A stretch of 64,000 nt of DNA from a bacterium (GTDB lineage: Bacteria; UBP18; UBA7526), in contig JAUWYL010000002.1 of NCBI GenBank assembly GCA_030615855.1, positions 68,423 through 132,422 of the forward strand, given 5' to 3'. The position numbers and the translations under genes were made by a program. The notes beneath the pieces are model-generated. The model was not told the origin of the DNA. It made no database searches and worked only from the letters and a program-made list of their open reading frames with translations. This document shows, one piece after another, positions 29,943 to 41,177 of the stretch. Position 1 is the stretch's first letter, and every line of letters starts with the position of its first letter.

Positions 29943-30734
29943 TCAACAGGCTTGGGCTAACCTTTGAACAAAATCCCCTACCTTCTGCACCAGGTCTTTA
30001 CTCTTCAGGTTCTTCCCAATTACAGAAATGATGGCGCTTCCCACCACTGCCCCATCAGCATATCTTTTTATCTTTCTTATATGCTCTGGCTTCGATATCC
30101 CAAAGCCCACCGCAATGGGCTTTTCGGTGAGCCTCTTTAATCTCTTGAGAGAAAAGACAAGGCCTTCTGCCAACTTCTTTCTCACTCCAGTTACTCCTGT
30201 TAAGGAGACATAGTAGATGAACCCTTTGCTCTCTTTAGCAATTAACTTTAACCTTTGGGGTGGGCTAGTAGGAGAAGCCAAAAAAATAGTATCTAAATTA
30301 CTCCTTCTGGCATATCTCTTTAATTCACTCGCTTCTTCAACCGGTAAATCAGCCGCAATCACCCCGTCCACCCCATTTCCTTTTGCCTGAGTGACAAATC
30401 TTTCTATCCCATAGTTATAAAGCAGATTGTAGTAGGTCATTAAGACCAAAGGAATCTCTGTCTTCTTTCTTAACTCCTTAACCAGATCTAAAGCATCTTT
30501 TAGAGAGGTCCTGTGCTTTAAGGACCTGATATCTGCTTCCTGAATGGTGGGTCCATCGGCAATGGGGTCAGAGAAGGGCACTCCCAACTCAACGATATCC
30601 GCCCCCCTCCTCTCCATCTCCGGAACTAAGGCCTCGGTAGTTTCGAGGTTTGGATCCCCAACAGTAATGAAGGGGATAAGGGCTACTCTTTTTTTCTTTT
30701 TCACTTCTTTGAACTTAGCTTCTATTCTATTCAT
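29943..30734 (-). CDS. trpA: Tryptophan synthase alpha
   Basis: ELGVPFSDPIADGPTIQ, GVTG, VGFGI. Confidence 0.96.
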   Translation of the reverse strand: MNRIEAKFKEVKKKKRVALIPFITVGDPNLETTEALVPEMERRGADIVELGVPFSDPIADGPTIQEADIRSLKHRTSLKDALDLVKELRKKTEIPLVLMTYYNLLYNYGIERFVTQAKGNGVDGVIAADLPVEEASELKRYARRSNLDTIFLASPTSPPQRLKLIAKESKGFIYYVSLTGVTGVRKKLAEGLVFSLKRLKRLTEKPIAVGFGISKPEHIRKIKRYADGAVVGSAIISVIGKNLKSKDLVQKVGDFVQRLAQAC

Positions 30735-30859
30735 TTTCTATCATTTTTCATTGCTAATTTTGCACTTTTCATTTTTTATTGATCTCTCACTAATCCAACC
30801 AATCCACTTAATTTACTACCCACTTTCCCACCTGCTCACTTTCCCACTTTCTCACTTTC

Positions 30860-32047
30860 TTATAGTTTTACGCCCAAGGCCTGTGCTACAATGTGGACAT
30901 CCTTGTCTCCCCGACCAGAGAGATTGATGATAATTACTCTGTTTTTCGAGAGTTTTGGGGCCAATTTGGCAACATAAGCTAAGGCATGGGCGCTCTCTAA
31001 AGCAGGGGTTATCCCTTCTGTCTGGGCAAGTAGAAGGAAGGCTTTCAGGGCTTCTTTATCTGTAATGGGAACATACTTCGCTCTTCCTGTCCTTTTGTAG
31101 AAAGAATGCTCTGGCCCCACTCCAGGATAGTCAAGTCCAGGAGCAATGGAATGGGTCTCTTTAATCTGACCATCTCTATCCTGCAATAAGTAACTCTTGC
31201 TTCCATGTAAGACGCCTATACTTCCTGCCAAAAGGGGTGAGGAGTGCTTTCCCGTCTTTATTCCCCTTCCTGCTGCCTCAACGCCAATGAACTTCACTCT
31301 TTTATCCCTATAAAAGGGGTGGAAGAGGCCCAATGAATTGCTCCCTCCTCCTACACAGGCTACTAAATAGTCTGGCAACCTTCCTTCCTGTTTTAATATC
31401 TGCTCTTTTGTCTCTTTTCCAATAATAGATTGGAAGTCCCTCACCATTACAGGATAGGGATGAGGCCCTACCGTAGAACCCAAGAGGTAATGGGTGATCC
31501 TGATATTCGTCACCCAATCCCTTAAGGCCTCGTTTATGGCATCCTTCAGGGTTCGAAAGCCACTCTTTACCGGGATTACCTTAGATCCCAATAGCTTCAT
31601 CCGAAAGACATTCAAGGATTGGCGCTTGATGTCCTCTGTTCCCATGTAGACCTCACACTCTAAGCCCAATAGAGCAGCGGCCACAGCTGTGGCCACCCCA
31701 TGCTGGCCAGCACCAGTCTCGGCAATGACTCTTTTCTTTCCCATCCTCTTGGTGAGAAGCCCCTGACCAAGTGTATTATTGATCTTATGGGCTCCGGTAT
31801 GGCAGAGGTCCTCTCTCTTAAGATAAATCCTTGCCCCACCTAACTTCTTAGTTAACTTTTGGGCAAAGTATAGAGGGGTTGGTCTTCCCGCATATTGGCT
31901 TAAGTAATACTTGAGTTCCTTCTGGAATCTTCCATCCCTCTTTGCCGAAGAATAAGCCTGTTCCAGCTCTTCCAAGGCATTCATTAAGGTCTCAGGAACG
32001 AACCTCCCCCCGAACTCTCCAAAGTATCCTCTTCTATTGGGTAACAT
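30860..32047 (-). CDS. trpB: Tryptophan synthase beta
   Basis: [33 protein letters not shown]; start MLPNRRG at 32047. Confidence 0.96.
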   Translation of the reverse strand: MLPNRRGYFGEFGGRFVPETLMNALEELEQAYSSAKRDGRFQKELKYYLSQYAGRPTPLYFAQKLTKKLGGARIYLKREDLCHTGAHKINNTLGQGLLTKRMGKKRVIAETGAGQHGVATAVAAALLGLECEVYMGTEDIKRQSLNVFRMKLLGSKVIPVKSGFRTLKDAINEALRDWVTNIRITHYLLGSTVGPHPYPVMVRDFQSIIGKETKEQILKQEGRLPDYLVACVGGGSNSLGLFHPFYRDKRVKFIGVEAAGRGIKTGKHSSPLLAGSIGVLHGSKSYLLQDRDGQIKETHSIAPGLDYPGVGPEHSFYKRTGRAKYVPITDKEALKAFLLLAQTEGITPALESAHALAYVAKLAPKLSKNRVIIINLSGRGDKDVHIVAQALGVKL

Positions 32048-32053
32048 CTCAGC

Positions 32054-32307
32054 CTCACTTTGTTCGGAGTAACCAGTAACCAGTTGACAGTTTACAGTAA
32101 AAAAATAAAAGAGCATCAGATAACCAGATTATCAGATAGAGAGGGCCAGTTATCAGAGGGTCAGATTAAAAAAAATTGAATCTGGTATTCTGAATTCTCA
32201 TTCTGATGTTCTGATATACTGATAATTTATGATTAGACGAGGCAAGCATAGCGCGTCGTTATATTCTATGGTTTTGCTGGTCACTGTTCGCTGGTTACTG
32301 TAAACTC
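32054..32307. repeat. Composite nested repeat element (CAGTAAC arms enclosing ATCAG/CTGAT arrays and a TTAGACGAGGC module)
   Basis: Outer arms match 33576-33660; inner part matches reverse complement of 49543-49630. Confidence 0.75.
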
Positions 32308-32314
32308 TTCTCAA

Positions 32315-33571
32315 TTATAGGTATTTCCTGGGATCAGTAATCTTCCCTTCCAGGGCGCTGGCTGCTACGGTAGCCGGAGAGGCAAGGTAGATAAAGGCCT
32401 TGGGATTGCCCATCCTTCCCTTGAAGTTCCGATTTGCTGTTGATATCACGTTCTCTCCATCTGCTGGTATTCCTTCATGGGTTCCCACACAGGGGCCACA
32501 ACCTGGAACCACCACTGCTGCTCCAGAACGGATGAAGATTTCAATTATTCCTTCTCTTAAAGCTTCCAGATAGATCTCTTTTGAGGCCGGAGCAATGATG
32601 AATCTTACGTCCTTATGAATCCTCTCTCTTTTTAGGATATGAGCAGCGACCTTTAAATCCTCTAATCTTCCATTGGTACAGGTTCCCAAGAAGGCAACAT
32701 CTATCTTTATTCCTTTTACCTTGCCAATTGGAAAGACATTGTCCACCCTGTGTGGTTCTGCGACCTGAGGCTTTAAGCTACTTATGTCAAATTCCAAAAC
32801 CTCACTATAATGGGCATCCCTATCTGCTTTTACTGGCTTGGGTTTTTTCCCCGAAGAATGCTTCTTCAACCACTTCAGAGTCTTCTCATCCGCCTCCATT
32901 ATCCCGGCCTTTGCCCCCATCTCTACCGCCATATTACATATAGTAAACCTTCCTTCCATAGAGAGATTCTTAATCACTCCTCCAGTGAATTCTACTGATT
33001 TATATGTTGCTCCATCTGCGGTCAATTCTCCAATTATATGGAGGATGATGTCCTTGGCATAGACCCCTTTTGGCATTCTTCCCTTTATGATAATCTTTAC
33101 ACTCTCTGGAACCTTGAACCATAACTTGCCAGAGATCATGCTTGCCGCAATGTCTGTAGAACCCAGGCCGGTAGAGAAGGAGTTTAAGGCACCATAGGTG
33201 CAGGTATGGGAATCAGCACCAACTACTAAGTCCCCGCAGGTGACATTCCCCCCTTCCGGGATGACCTGGTGGCAGACCCCAGAGCCGATATTATAAAGAA
33301 GGATCCTATGCTCTCTTACAAAATCCCTCATCAATCTATGTAAGGTAGAGACACCGATATTGGGGCTGGGCGCAGAATGGTCAATGACAAAGGCCGTCTT
33401 CTTGGGATGGGCGATCCTTTTCGCTCCGATATCTTGGAAAGTCTTTATGGCCAAGGGGGCGGTTCCATCCTGGGCAAAGGAAAAGTCTACATCTGCTATG
33501 ACGAGGTCTCCAGCCTTTGCCCTTTTCTTGCTATGGCTTGATAGTATCTTCTCTGCTATGGTCTGACCCAT
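32315..33571 (-). CDS. 3-isopropylmalate dehydratase/homoaconitase large subunit
   Basis: DHS, GADSHTCT, GTCTNGR, PGCGPC, NRNFKGRMG. Confidence 0.9.
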   Translation of the reverse strand: MGQTIAEKILSSHSKKRAKAGDLVIADVDFSFAQDGTAPLAIKTFQDIGAKRIAHPKKTAFVIDHSAPSPNIGVSTLHRLMRDFVREHRILLYNIGSGVCHQVIPEGGNVTCGDLVVGADSHTCTYGALNSFSTGLGSTDIAASMISGKLWFKVPESVKIIIKGRMPKGVYAKDIILHIIGELTADGATYKSVEFTGGVIKNLSMEGRFTICNMAVEMGAKAGIMEADEKTLKWLKKHSSGKKPKPVKADRDAHYSEVLEFDISSLKPQVAEPHRVDNVFPIGKVKGIKIDVAFLGTCTNGRLEDLKVAAHILKRERIHKDVRFIIAPASKEIYLEALREGIIEIFIRSGAAVVVPGCGPCVGTHEGIPADGENVISTANRNFKGRMGNPKAFIYLASPATVAASALEGKITDPRKYL

Positions 33572-33660
33572 GACCCTCACTTCGTTCGGGAGTTCACAGT
33601 AACCAGTTTACAGTAACCAGTTTCTACTGTTAACTGTTCGCTGGTTACTGGTTACTACTG

Positions 33661-34818
33661 TTACTTTTTACTCTCCGCGAGAAAGTCCTGATAGATGTAG
33701 ATGAGTTCCATTTCTGTCAGAGCCCTCTTCAGAGCCACTGAGGTCTCCCTCACCTTAACCAAGATTTTGGCTGCCTCTTCCTTACCCACCTTAATCCCAT
33801 GCTTCTTCAGTACTTCAATAACTGTTGATGTTCCGGAGTGCTTTCCGATGATGATTCTCCTCTCCATCCCTACTTCCTCTGGAGTGAAGACCTCATAATT
33901 CCTGGGATCCTTATATACCGCATCGGCGTGAATGCCTGCCTCATGGGCAAAGACATTATTCCCCACAATGGGCTTCCAGTCCGGGATCTTCCTTCCTGAG
34001 GCCTGAGCAACATACTCCGATAATTCCCGGAACCTCTCTGTAGCAAATCCTAAGTCGATGTTATAGATGTACTTCAGGGCCATGACCACCTCTTCCAGGG
34101 GGGCATTCCCGGTTCTCTCTCCCAATCCATTCACCGTGGTATTGACTATGGTCGCTCCTGCCTCTATCCCACTCAGAGCGTTGGCCGTGGCCATACCAAA
34201 GTCGTTGTGGGTATGCATCTCAACCGGGATTCCGATTTTATTGATGATCTCCTTCACAATAGTATAGGTCTGGTAGGAGCCCATGATCCCCAAGGTATCG
34301 CAGTACCTGAGTCTATCTGCTCCAGAATCCTTGGCCACTTGAGCGAATTTTAACAAAAACTTTTTATCCGCCCGCGAGGCATCCTCAGCATTGACCGAGA
34401 TATAGAGACCATGCTTCTTGGCAAATTTCGTTGACTCTTCTACTGATTTCAAGACCCAGTTTCTGTCCTTCTTCAGTTTATATTTGATGTGAATATCTGA
34501 AGCAGAGATGGATAGGGCAACGGCATCCACCCCACAGTCTAAGGAATGCTCGACATCCTTGACCACCGCTCGATTCCATCCCAGAATACTCGCTTTCAAA
34601 TTCATTTTAACAATCTTCTTTATGGCCTCCTTCTCATCCCCTCCCATGGTGGGGATCCCAGCCTCAATCTGCTGAACCCCTATCTCATCGAGTAATTTAG
34701 CAATCCTTATCTTCTCCTGATTGGCAAAGACCACCCCTGCCGACTGCTCCCCATCTCTCAGGGTAGTATCATCGATGATTACCTTTCCCTTCAAGGCCTT
34801 CTTCGTCTTTTTCTTCAT
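33661..34818 (-). CDS. Homocitrate synthase (NifV-like DRE-TIM enzyme)
   Basis: DTTLRDGEQ, HTHNDFGMA, GERTGNA, HEAGIH, GKHSG; no LeuA regulatory domain. Confidence 0.85.
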   Translation of the reverse strand: MKKKTKKALKGKVIIDDTTLRDGEQSAGVVFANQEKIRIAKLLDEIGVQQIEAGIPTMGGDEKEAIKKIVKMNLKASILGWNRAVVKDVEHSLDCGVDAVALSISASDIHIKYKLKKDRNWVLKSVEESTKFAKKHGLYISVNAEDASRADKKFLLKFAQVAKDSGADRLRYCDTLGIMGSYQTYTIVKEIINKIGIPVEMHTHNDFGMATANALSGIEAGATIVNTTVNGLGERTGNAPLEEVVMALKYIYNIDLGFATERFRELSEYVAQASGRKIPDWKPIVGNNVFAHEAGIHADAVYKDPRNYEVFTPEEVGMERRIIIGKHSGTSTVIEVLKKHGIKVGKEEAAKILVKVRETSVALKRALTEMELIYIYQDFLAESKK

Positions 34819-34961
34819 CTAAACCTCCTTTTTAATTACCCGGCTTTGCTAAAACTGTAATAAGCGGGTGACTCGGCGGATCTCTGTGAGTGGGAGGATC
34901 CACACCGGGCGGAGGGGCCCGCGAACAGAGAATGCCGAGGCAGGACCCGCCTTAACGGGAT

Positions 34962-36092
34962 TCATTTATATGCCTCCTTTGCTCTTTTAACTGCCTCTCC
35001 CTTCTTTAATCTATGGCCGAGACTTAATAGTGCTTTCTCCAAAGATTCTAAAGCAACCAAGATATCTTTAAACTGGATGTAGCCCATATGACCAATGCGA
35101 ATGATTTTACCTTTTAATCTTTCTTGGCCACCAGCCAAAGTTACTCCATACTTCTCTCTTAAAACTTTCAAGAGTTCTGACCCATCGATATTTTCTGGAA
35201 CTTTAACCGCTGTTACGCCATTAGAGAAGTTTCCCTTTGCCAATAGTTCTAAGCCAAGCCCCTTCACTCCTTCCCTGGTTGCTTTTGCTAATCTCTTATA
35301 CCTCTCCCAAACCGTCTCCATCCCCTCTTCTCTTATCATCTTCAAGGCTTCATCCAGACCAAAGACTAAAGAGACTGGAGGGGTATAAGGGGGTTGTCCT
35401 TTCTCCAAGAATTCCCTGTAGGTCTTGAAGTCCCAGTAAAACCTATAGATCCGCGAGGTCTCTCGCGCCTCCCAGGCCCTTTGATTGATACTAATGAAGG
35501 ATAGTCCAGGAGGGGTCATCAATCCCTTCTGAGAAGCAGAGATGACCACATCCACTCCCCAATCATCTGTCCTTAGTTCCTCCACCCCTAATCCACTTAC
35601 CGCATCGACAACCAGAAGAACCTTGCGCTCCCTACATATCTTACCTAAGGATCTGATATCGTTTACCACTCCAGTTGAAGTCTCAACTAAGGTAGCAAAG
35701 ACCGCCCTTATATCCCTGTTCCTATCCAGCTCTCTGGCAACTAATTTGGAATCGATTACCTCTCTCCATTCACACCTTAAGGGTATTACCTCTATCCCAA
35801 AGCTTCCCAGGATCTTGACGAACCTCTCACCAAAGGCACCACTTGCCAAGGCGATTGCCTTATCACCTGGAGAGAGGAGATTCACGATGCTCGCCTCCAT
35901 CCCTCCGGTGCCAGAAGAGGAGAAGACCAGGATGTCATTTTGGGTCTGGAAGAGATATTTTAAGTTCTCAACGACTCTCTTGAGAATCTCTCCGTACTCT
36001 GGGCTTCTATGGCCGATCATAGGCTTTTGCATGGCCCTTGAAACCCGAGAAGGAATGGGCGTCGGTCCCGGAATTAAAAGATACTTTCTCAC
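34962..36092 (-). CDS. Class V aminotransferase (serine-pyruvate/alanine-glyoxylate family)
   Basis: [24 protein letters not shown]. Confidence 0.9.
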   Translation of the reverse strand: MRKYLLIPGPTPIPSRVSRAMQKPMIGHRSPEYGEILKRVVENLKYLFQTQNDILVFSSSGTGGMEASIVNLLSPGDKAIALASGAFGERFVKILGSFGIEVIPLRCEWREVIDSKLVARELDRNRDIRAVFATLVETSTGVVNDIRSLGKICRERKVLLVVDAVSGLGVEELRTDDWGVDVVISASQKGLMTPPGLSFISINQRAWEARETSRIYRFYWDFKTYREFLEKGQPPYTPPVSLVFGLDEALKMIREEGMETVWERYKRLAKATREGVKGLGLELLAKGNFSNGVTAVKVPENIDGSELLKVLREKYGVTLAGGQERLKGKIIRIGHMGYIQFKDILVALESLEKALLSLGHRLKKGEAVKRAKEAYK

Positions 36093-38458
36093 TGAACCCT
36101 CTTCTCCTCCAGGGCAACCTTCAATACCTCATCCATGTTCTCAACCATAACAAACTTTATTCTCCTCTTGATATTGGAGGGGATCTCAACCAGGTCCTTC
36201 TCATTCTCTTTGGGGATGATGATGGTTGGAATGTTTGCCCGATGGGCGGCCAGGATTTTTTCCTTTACTCCCCCGATCTCCAGGACCCTTCCCCTCAGGG
36301 TGATCTCACCAGTCATGGCCACATTATTCTTCACCCTCCTCTTGGTTAAAGCAGAGGCCAGGGCAACGGCCATGGTGATCCCGGCAGAGGGGCCATCCTT
36401 GGGGATGGCTCCCTTGGGAACGTGGATGTGGAGATCTACATTCTTATAGAAGTCGCTCGCTATGCCCAGAGATTCTGCCCGCGAGCGGATATAGGATAGG
36501 GCGGCCCGGGCAGACTCCTGCATGACCTCCCGTAGTCTTCCAGTCAAGATGAGCCCTTCTCTCTCCCCCTTGCCGCTCATCACTGTGGCTTCGATAGTAG
36601 CCAGCTCTCCTCCGGCTGGTCCTATGATTAGTCCCGTGGCTACTCCAATCTCTTTCTTCTCCAGGGCCTCCTCCGGACGATACCTGGGTGGTCCGAGATA
36701 CCTCTCAATGGCCTTTCTTCCCACTCGGAGTCTGAAGCCCTTACCCTTCCTGGCTACCTCCTTGGCCACCTTGCGACATATGGCCTCAATCTCCCTCTCT
36801 AAGTTCCTCACTCCGGCCTCCATAGTGTATCTATTGATGATGCGCAGGATGCTGGCTGGAGAAAAGGTTAAATTCTTCTCTGTTATCCCATGGGCCTTGA
36901 GCTGCTTGGGAACCAGGAACTTCTCTGCGATCTTTAGTTTCTCCTCCTGGGTATAGCCCGGAAAGTCGAGGATCTCCATCCTATCCAAAAGGGTGGGATG
37001 AATGAAATCCCTGATATTTGCGGTAGTAATGAATAATACTTTGGAGAGGTCGAAGTCCACCTCTAAGTAGTGGTCGCTGAAGGCCTTATTCTCCTCTGGA
37101 TCCAAGACCTCTAAGAGGGCGGCTGCTGGATCTCCCCGAAAGTCCTTTCCAATCTTGTCTATCTCATCTAAAAGAAAAACCGGATTCTTACTCTTAGCCT
37201 TCTTCATGGCCTGCATGATACGACCGGGCAGGGCGCCGATATAGGTTCTTCTATGACCTCTGATCTCTGCCTCATCCCTCACTCCTCCTAACGACATCCT
37301 GACGAAGTTCCTGCCCAAGGCCCTTGCGATGGATCTTGCTAAAGAGGTCTTACCCGACCCTGGCGGACCCACAAAGCATAGTATGGGCCCTTTCATCTTC
37401 TCTACCAGTTTCCTTACCGCCAGGTACTCCAATAACCTCTCCTTGGGCTTCTTCAGGTCATAGTGATCCTCCTCCAGTATCCTCTCTGCCTCTTTGATGT
37501 CCAATTTATCCTTAGTCTCAACCGCCCAGGGCAGAGAGATGAGCCAGTCGACATAGTTTCTAATCACCGCTGCCTCAGCACTCATAGAAGGCATCTGGAA
37601 GAGCCGATCCACCTCTTTCAGGGCCTTCTCCTGGGCCTCTTTGGTCATCCTGGCCTTCTTGATCTTCCCTTTAAGTTCCTCGACCTCACTTACTACCTCA
37701 CCCTTTCTTCCCATCTCTTTCTGGATGGCCTTCAGTTGCTCAGAGAGATAATACTCCTTCTGGGTGGTAGTCATCTGCTTCTTCACCCTCTCCCGGATCC
37801 TCTTCTCAATCCCTAGGATCTCATTCTCCCGATTCAAGATCTGGGCCAACCTCTCCAGCCTCTCTCTGGGATCCAGGGCCTCTAAGATGACCTGTTTATC
37901 CTTTGTCTTTAGAGTAAGGTGGGCAGCGATGGTATCCGCCAACCTTCCTGGCTCCTCAACATTGATGACGCTCATCAGGGTCTCAGGAGGAACCTTTCTA
38001 TTGAGTCTCACATAATCCTCGAACTGGGAGGTGACCGACCTCATCAATCCCTCCATCTCCACAGTCTTTAGAATGGCCTCTTCCGCCCTCTCTATCCTCA
38101 CCTGGAAGAACTTTTCCTGTAAAAGATACCTTACCACCTTTGCCCGAGAGATCCCTTCCACCAATATCTTGGTTGTCCCATCAGGAAGTTTAAGTAACTG
38201 AAGGATCTCGGCCACAGTACCGATATCAAAAATATCACCTGGAGTAGGCCTCTCAATATTCCCTGCCCTCTGGGCCACTAAGAGGATGAGGCGACCATGG
38301 AGCATGGCCTCATCCAAGGACTTGAGGGACTTTTCCCTACCCACAAAGAGGGGGATGATCATATGAGGGAAGACCACCATCTCTCTTAAGGGCAGGAGGG
38401 GTAAGGTAGAAGGAATTTTTATCTCTCTCTTTTTCTTTCTCTCAAATCTCTTTGCCAT
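36089..38458 (-). CDS. lon: Lon protease
   Basis: [29 protein letters not shown]. Confidence 0.97.
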   Translation of the reverse strand: MAKRFERKKKREIKIPSTLPLLPLREMVVFPHMIIPLFVGREKSLKSLDEAMLHGRLILLVAQRAGNIERPTPGDIFDIGTVAEILQLLKLPDGTTKILVEGISRAKVVRYLLQEKFFQVRIERAEEAILKTVEMEGLMRSVTSQFEDYVRLNRKVPPETLMSVINVEEPGRLADTIAAHLTLKTKDKQVILEALDPRERLERLAQILNRENEILGIEKRIRERVKKQMTTTQKEYYLSEQLKAIQKEMGRKGEVVSEVEELKGKIKKARMTKEAQEKALKEVDRLFQMPSMSAEAAVIRNYVDWLISLPWAVETKDKLDIKEAERILEEDHYDLKKPKERLLEYLAVRKLVEKMKGPILCFVGPPGSGKTSLARSIARALGRNFVRMSLGGVRDEAEIRGHRRTYIGALPGRIMQAMKKAKSKNPVFLLDEIDKIGKDFRGDPAAALLEVLDPEENKAFSDHYLEVDFDLSKVLFITTANIRDFIHPTLLDRMEILDFPGYTQEEKLKIAEKFLVPKQLKAHGITEKNLTFSPASILRIINRYTMEAGVRNLEREIEAICRKVAKEVARKGKGFRLRVGRKAIERYLGPPRYRPEEALEKKEIGVATGLIIGPAGGELATIEATVMSGKGEREGLILTGRLREVMQESARAALSYIRSRAESLGIASDFYKNVDLHIHVPKGAIPKDGPSAGITMAVALASALTKRRVKNNVAMTGEITLRGRVLEIGGVKEKILAAHRANIPTIIIPKENEKDLVEIPSNIKRRIKFVMVENMDEVLKVALEEKRVQ

Positions 38459-38491
38459 TCTTTACTCCCGATTTAGAAAAACCTGTTGTTT

Positions 38492-38585
38492 GGTTACGGT
38501 TAAGGTTACGAAGCCCGTATCGTCAAACGTTAAATGGTTACGAACTACGTAATTCTTAAACGAAACGGGCCTCCTGACCGTAACC
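38492..38585. repeat. Palindromic repeat element, copy 2 (core inverted relative to 17797-17915)
   Basis: GGTTACGGTTAAGGTTA flank; GCCCGTATCGT...ACGAAACGGGC core. Confidence 0.8.
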
Positions 38586-38598
38586 CATAGACCTAACT

Positions 38599-39201
38599 TT
38601 ATCTCTTAGTGATTACCTTATCAATGAGCCCGTAGGCCTTGGCCTCCTCAGCGCTCATCCAGAAATTTCTCGCCGTATCTTTCTCGATCTTCTCTATGGG
38701 CTGCCCAGTATGCTTTGCCAAGATTTCATTCAGTCTCTTTCTGGTTCTCATCAATTCCTTGGCCTCAATATCGACATCTATTGCCGTGCCTATTGCTCCC
38801 CCAGAGGGCTGATGGATCATGATCTTGGCATTGGAGAGAGCAAACCTTTTTCCCTTCTTCCCGGCTGCCAAAAGTAAAGCACCAGCTGAAACTGCCTGGC
38901 CAACGCATATGGTTGAGACATCGGGCTTAATATACTGGATAGTGTCATAGAGAGCAAGCATTCCCGATACTGCTCCCCCTGGTGAATTGATGTATAGGGC
39001 AATATCTTTATCAGGATCCTCTGCCTCCAGATAGAGGAGGCGGCCGATGAGACGATTGGCATCGATATCAGTCACTATTGGCCGGCCTTGTTGGTCTATA
39101 GAACTGGCCCCTAAGAAAAGGATGCGGTGCTTCATAAGGCCGACAAAGATATTGGCTAATTCCTCTAACTTCCATCTCTCCCTCAATTCCCTCTCGTTCA
39201 T
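38599..39201 (-). CDS. clpP: Clp protease proteolytic subunit
   Basis: YINSPGG, GQAVSAG, MIHQP. Confidence 0.93.
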   Translation of the reverse strand: MNERELRERWKLEELANIFVGLMKHRILFLGASSIDQQGRPIVTDIDANRLIGRLLYLEAEDPDKDIALYINSPGGAVSGMLALYDTIQYIKPDVSTICVGQAVSAGALLLAAGKKGKRFALSNAKIMIHQPSGGAIGTAIDVDIEAKELMRTRKRLNEILAKHTGQPIEKIEKDTARNFWMSAEEAKAYGLIDKVITKR

Positions 39202-40505
39202 CTTTTCTTCCTCCTTTCCTTTACCTTTTTCTCCTTTATTCTTGCTCCTTTTACAATAAGTTCCAATGCTTTCTTTAATCTTATCTCTTCCCTTAAGCCA
39301 GCGAGATGGCTTCTCTCTTTGTTAAAAAAGTCTCTCAAATCTTCTTTTTTCTGGCCAGTGCTTAAAGCCATCTCCTCTGTTCTCTTCTCTATCTCTTCTT
39401 CATTTACTTTAATATTCTCTTGCTTTGCAATTTTCTCTAAGATGAGGGTGCTTTTTACCTTCCTCTCTGCGCTCGGGCGATACTTTTCCTTTAGCTTCGC
39501 CTCCTCAATCCCCATCCTCTTGGGATCTATGCCTTGATAGCGCATCCTGGTTAAGGTCTCCTCAAGCATAGCCTCCAGTTCCCTCTCAACCATGGCCGCT
39601 GGAAGAGGAAAGGGGGTCTTTTTTATCAACCAATCCATTAGGTTATTTCTTAAAAGTCTCTCACTGTGCTCTGTCTCATATTTTTCTAAATCCTTCTTAA
39701 TCCTCTTCTTCAGTTCCTCCAAGTTATTGAACTTTAAATCTTTAGCGAACTCATCATTGAGTTCAGGAAGTTTTTTTTCCTTAATCTCCTTTAAATTTAC
39801 CTTGAAGAGGACCTCTTTTCCTACTAATTCTTCATTATGATAATTCTTGGGAAAACTTACCTTGATCTCTTTCTCCTCTCCTTTTTTCAGACCAATCAAC
39901 TGATCCTCGAAATTACTGACTAAAGTCTTGGAGCCGATCTCTAAGGAGAAGTTCTTGGCCTCATTATCCTTGAAGGACTTTCCCTCTATGCTCCCTATAA
40001 AATCGATGATTACCCAGTCCCCCTTCTTCGCCGGCCGATTTTTTATACTAGTAAATTCTGCGTGCCTATGCTGAAGCCTCTCCAGGGCACGATTGATATC
40101 CTCTCCTGTGACTATCTTGATGATTCTTTTCGCTTTGAGCCCTTTATACTTTTTTAAAGTGATCTTCGGTTTTATTTCCACAGTGGCCTTAAAACTCAAG
40201 GGCTCATTATCTTCATACTTTACTTCTTCTATCTTAGGCGGGGAGCAAGGAACAAAATCATTCTCCTTTAGAGCCTTTTGGCAGGCATCAGGAAGGAGTC
40301 GGTCCAGGGCATCTGCTTTTAGGCTTCTGGCAAAATAGGTCTTCAGGACATCGAGGGGAACCTTCCCCCTCCGGAACCCAGGTAGCTTGGCTTTCTTCTG
40401 CAGATCGATATAGAGGTTATCAAGTTCTTTTTTAACTTTATCTGGGGGAACCTCTATTTTCAGAGCTACCTTGCATTCTCCCAGTCTCTCTACTTGCGCT
40501 TTCAT
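39198..40505 (-). CDS. tig: Trigger factor
   Basis: PGFRRGKVP ribosome-binding motif, FKBP domain. Confidence 0.95.
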   Translation of the reverse strand: MKAQVERLGECKVALKIEVPPDKVKKELDNLYIDLQKKAKLPGFRRGKVPLDVLKTYFARSLKADALDRLLPDACQKALKENDFVPCSPPKIEEVKYEDNEPLSFKATVEIKPKITLKKYKGLKAKRIIKIVTGEDINRALERLQHRHAEFTSIKNRPAKKGDWVIIDFIGSIEGKSFKDNEAKNFSLEIGSKTLVSNFEDQLIGLKKGEEKEIKVSFPKNYHNEELVGKEVLFKVNLKEIKEKKLPELNDEFAKDLKFNNLEELKKRIKKDLEKYETEHSERLLRNNLMDWLIKKTPFPLPAAMVERELEAMLEETLTRMRYQGIDPKRMGIEEAKLKEKYRPSAERKVKSTLILEKIAKQENIKVNEEEIEKRTEEMALSTGQKKEDLRDFFNKERSHLAGLREEIRLKKALELIVKGARIKEKKVKERRKKR

Positions 40506-40522
40506 AGTTATCCTTGCATTCT

Positions 40523-40790
40523 TGGTGCGGACGGAGGGAGTCGAACCCCCAAGCCAAAAGGCATACGGTCCTAAGCCGTAGCGCCCCGCCCCATTTCCCC
40601 TACCTTATATTGCATTGTGGGCGAGAAAGGACTCGAACCTCCACGGGTTTCCCCACATGGTCCTAAGCCATGCGCGTCTACCAGTTCCGCCACTCGCCCA
40701 AAATTACTTATTGTTCGATTAATGAATGGGGCGGGGTAAATCTACCAATGGAGTTTATCCCGCACATTTATTGTGCGGGGCCACGTCCGC
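40523..40790 (-). pseudogene. Disrupted outer tRNA-Leu(TAG)
   Basis: 5' piece GCGGACGTGGC (40780-40790), D-loop piece (40741-40749), 3' part with TAG anticodon and CCA (40523-40583); acceptor halves complementary. Confidence 0.85.
40618..40699 (-). tRNA. tRNA-Leu(TAG), intact, nested in the outer tRNA-Leu; no encoded CCA
   Basis: GGGCGAG...CATGG CT TAG GA CCATG...GTTCGAGT...CTCGCCC A cloverleaf. Confidence 0.92.
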
Positions 40791-40904
40791 CCGCCTTCGT
40801 CCAACTTCTGCCTCTTTTCAGAGTAGACTTCGGCGGGCAAGCTTATTAAGATGGCTCGCCATCCGAAGCCTGCTACCTTAAAAATTCAGAAACAAGGCGA
40901 AGGA

Positions 40905-40980
40905 TGGTACCCCCACCAGGGCTCGAACCTGGGACACCCTGATTAAGAGTCAGGTGCTCTTCCAACTGAGCTATGGGGGC
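40905..40980 (-). tRNA. tRNA-Lys(CTT)
   Basis: GCCCCCA...CCTGA CT CTT AA TCAGG...GTTCGAG...ACCA. Confidence 0.95.
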
Positions 40981-41031
40981 TGGTCCCGTTGATAACTTCG
41001 TATCTACGGGACTGGCGCGCCTGGTAGGATT

Positions 41032-41132
41032 TTTACCCCGTTAGATGTTCTTGTCTCACTCGCCTCGCCTACTCCCTTAGATGGATGCTACGCCTATCTC
41101 ACGGGATAAACGACACAATCTATCTAACGGGG
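41032..41132. mobile_element. Palindromic mini-element TTTA-CCCCGTTAGAT...ATCTAACGGGG in the T-loop of the outer tRNA-Arg, with a second copy nested inside (41073-41110)
   Basis: Perfect 11-bp terminal inverted repeat. Confidence 0.75.
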
Positions 41133-41177
41133 CGGGCCCACGACCTAGTGGTCCGACCTCGCCAAATGCGACTCTAG

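Noticed and set aside
33661..34818. Nitrogen-fixation locus implied by the NifV-like gene
   Set aside because: No other nif genes; context with an aconitase-family subunit points to 2-oxoacid elongation.
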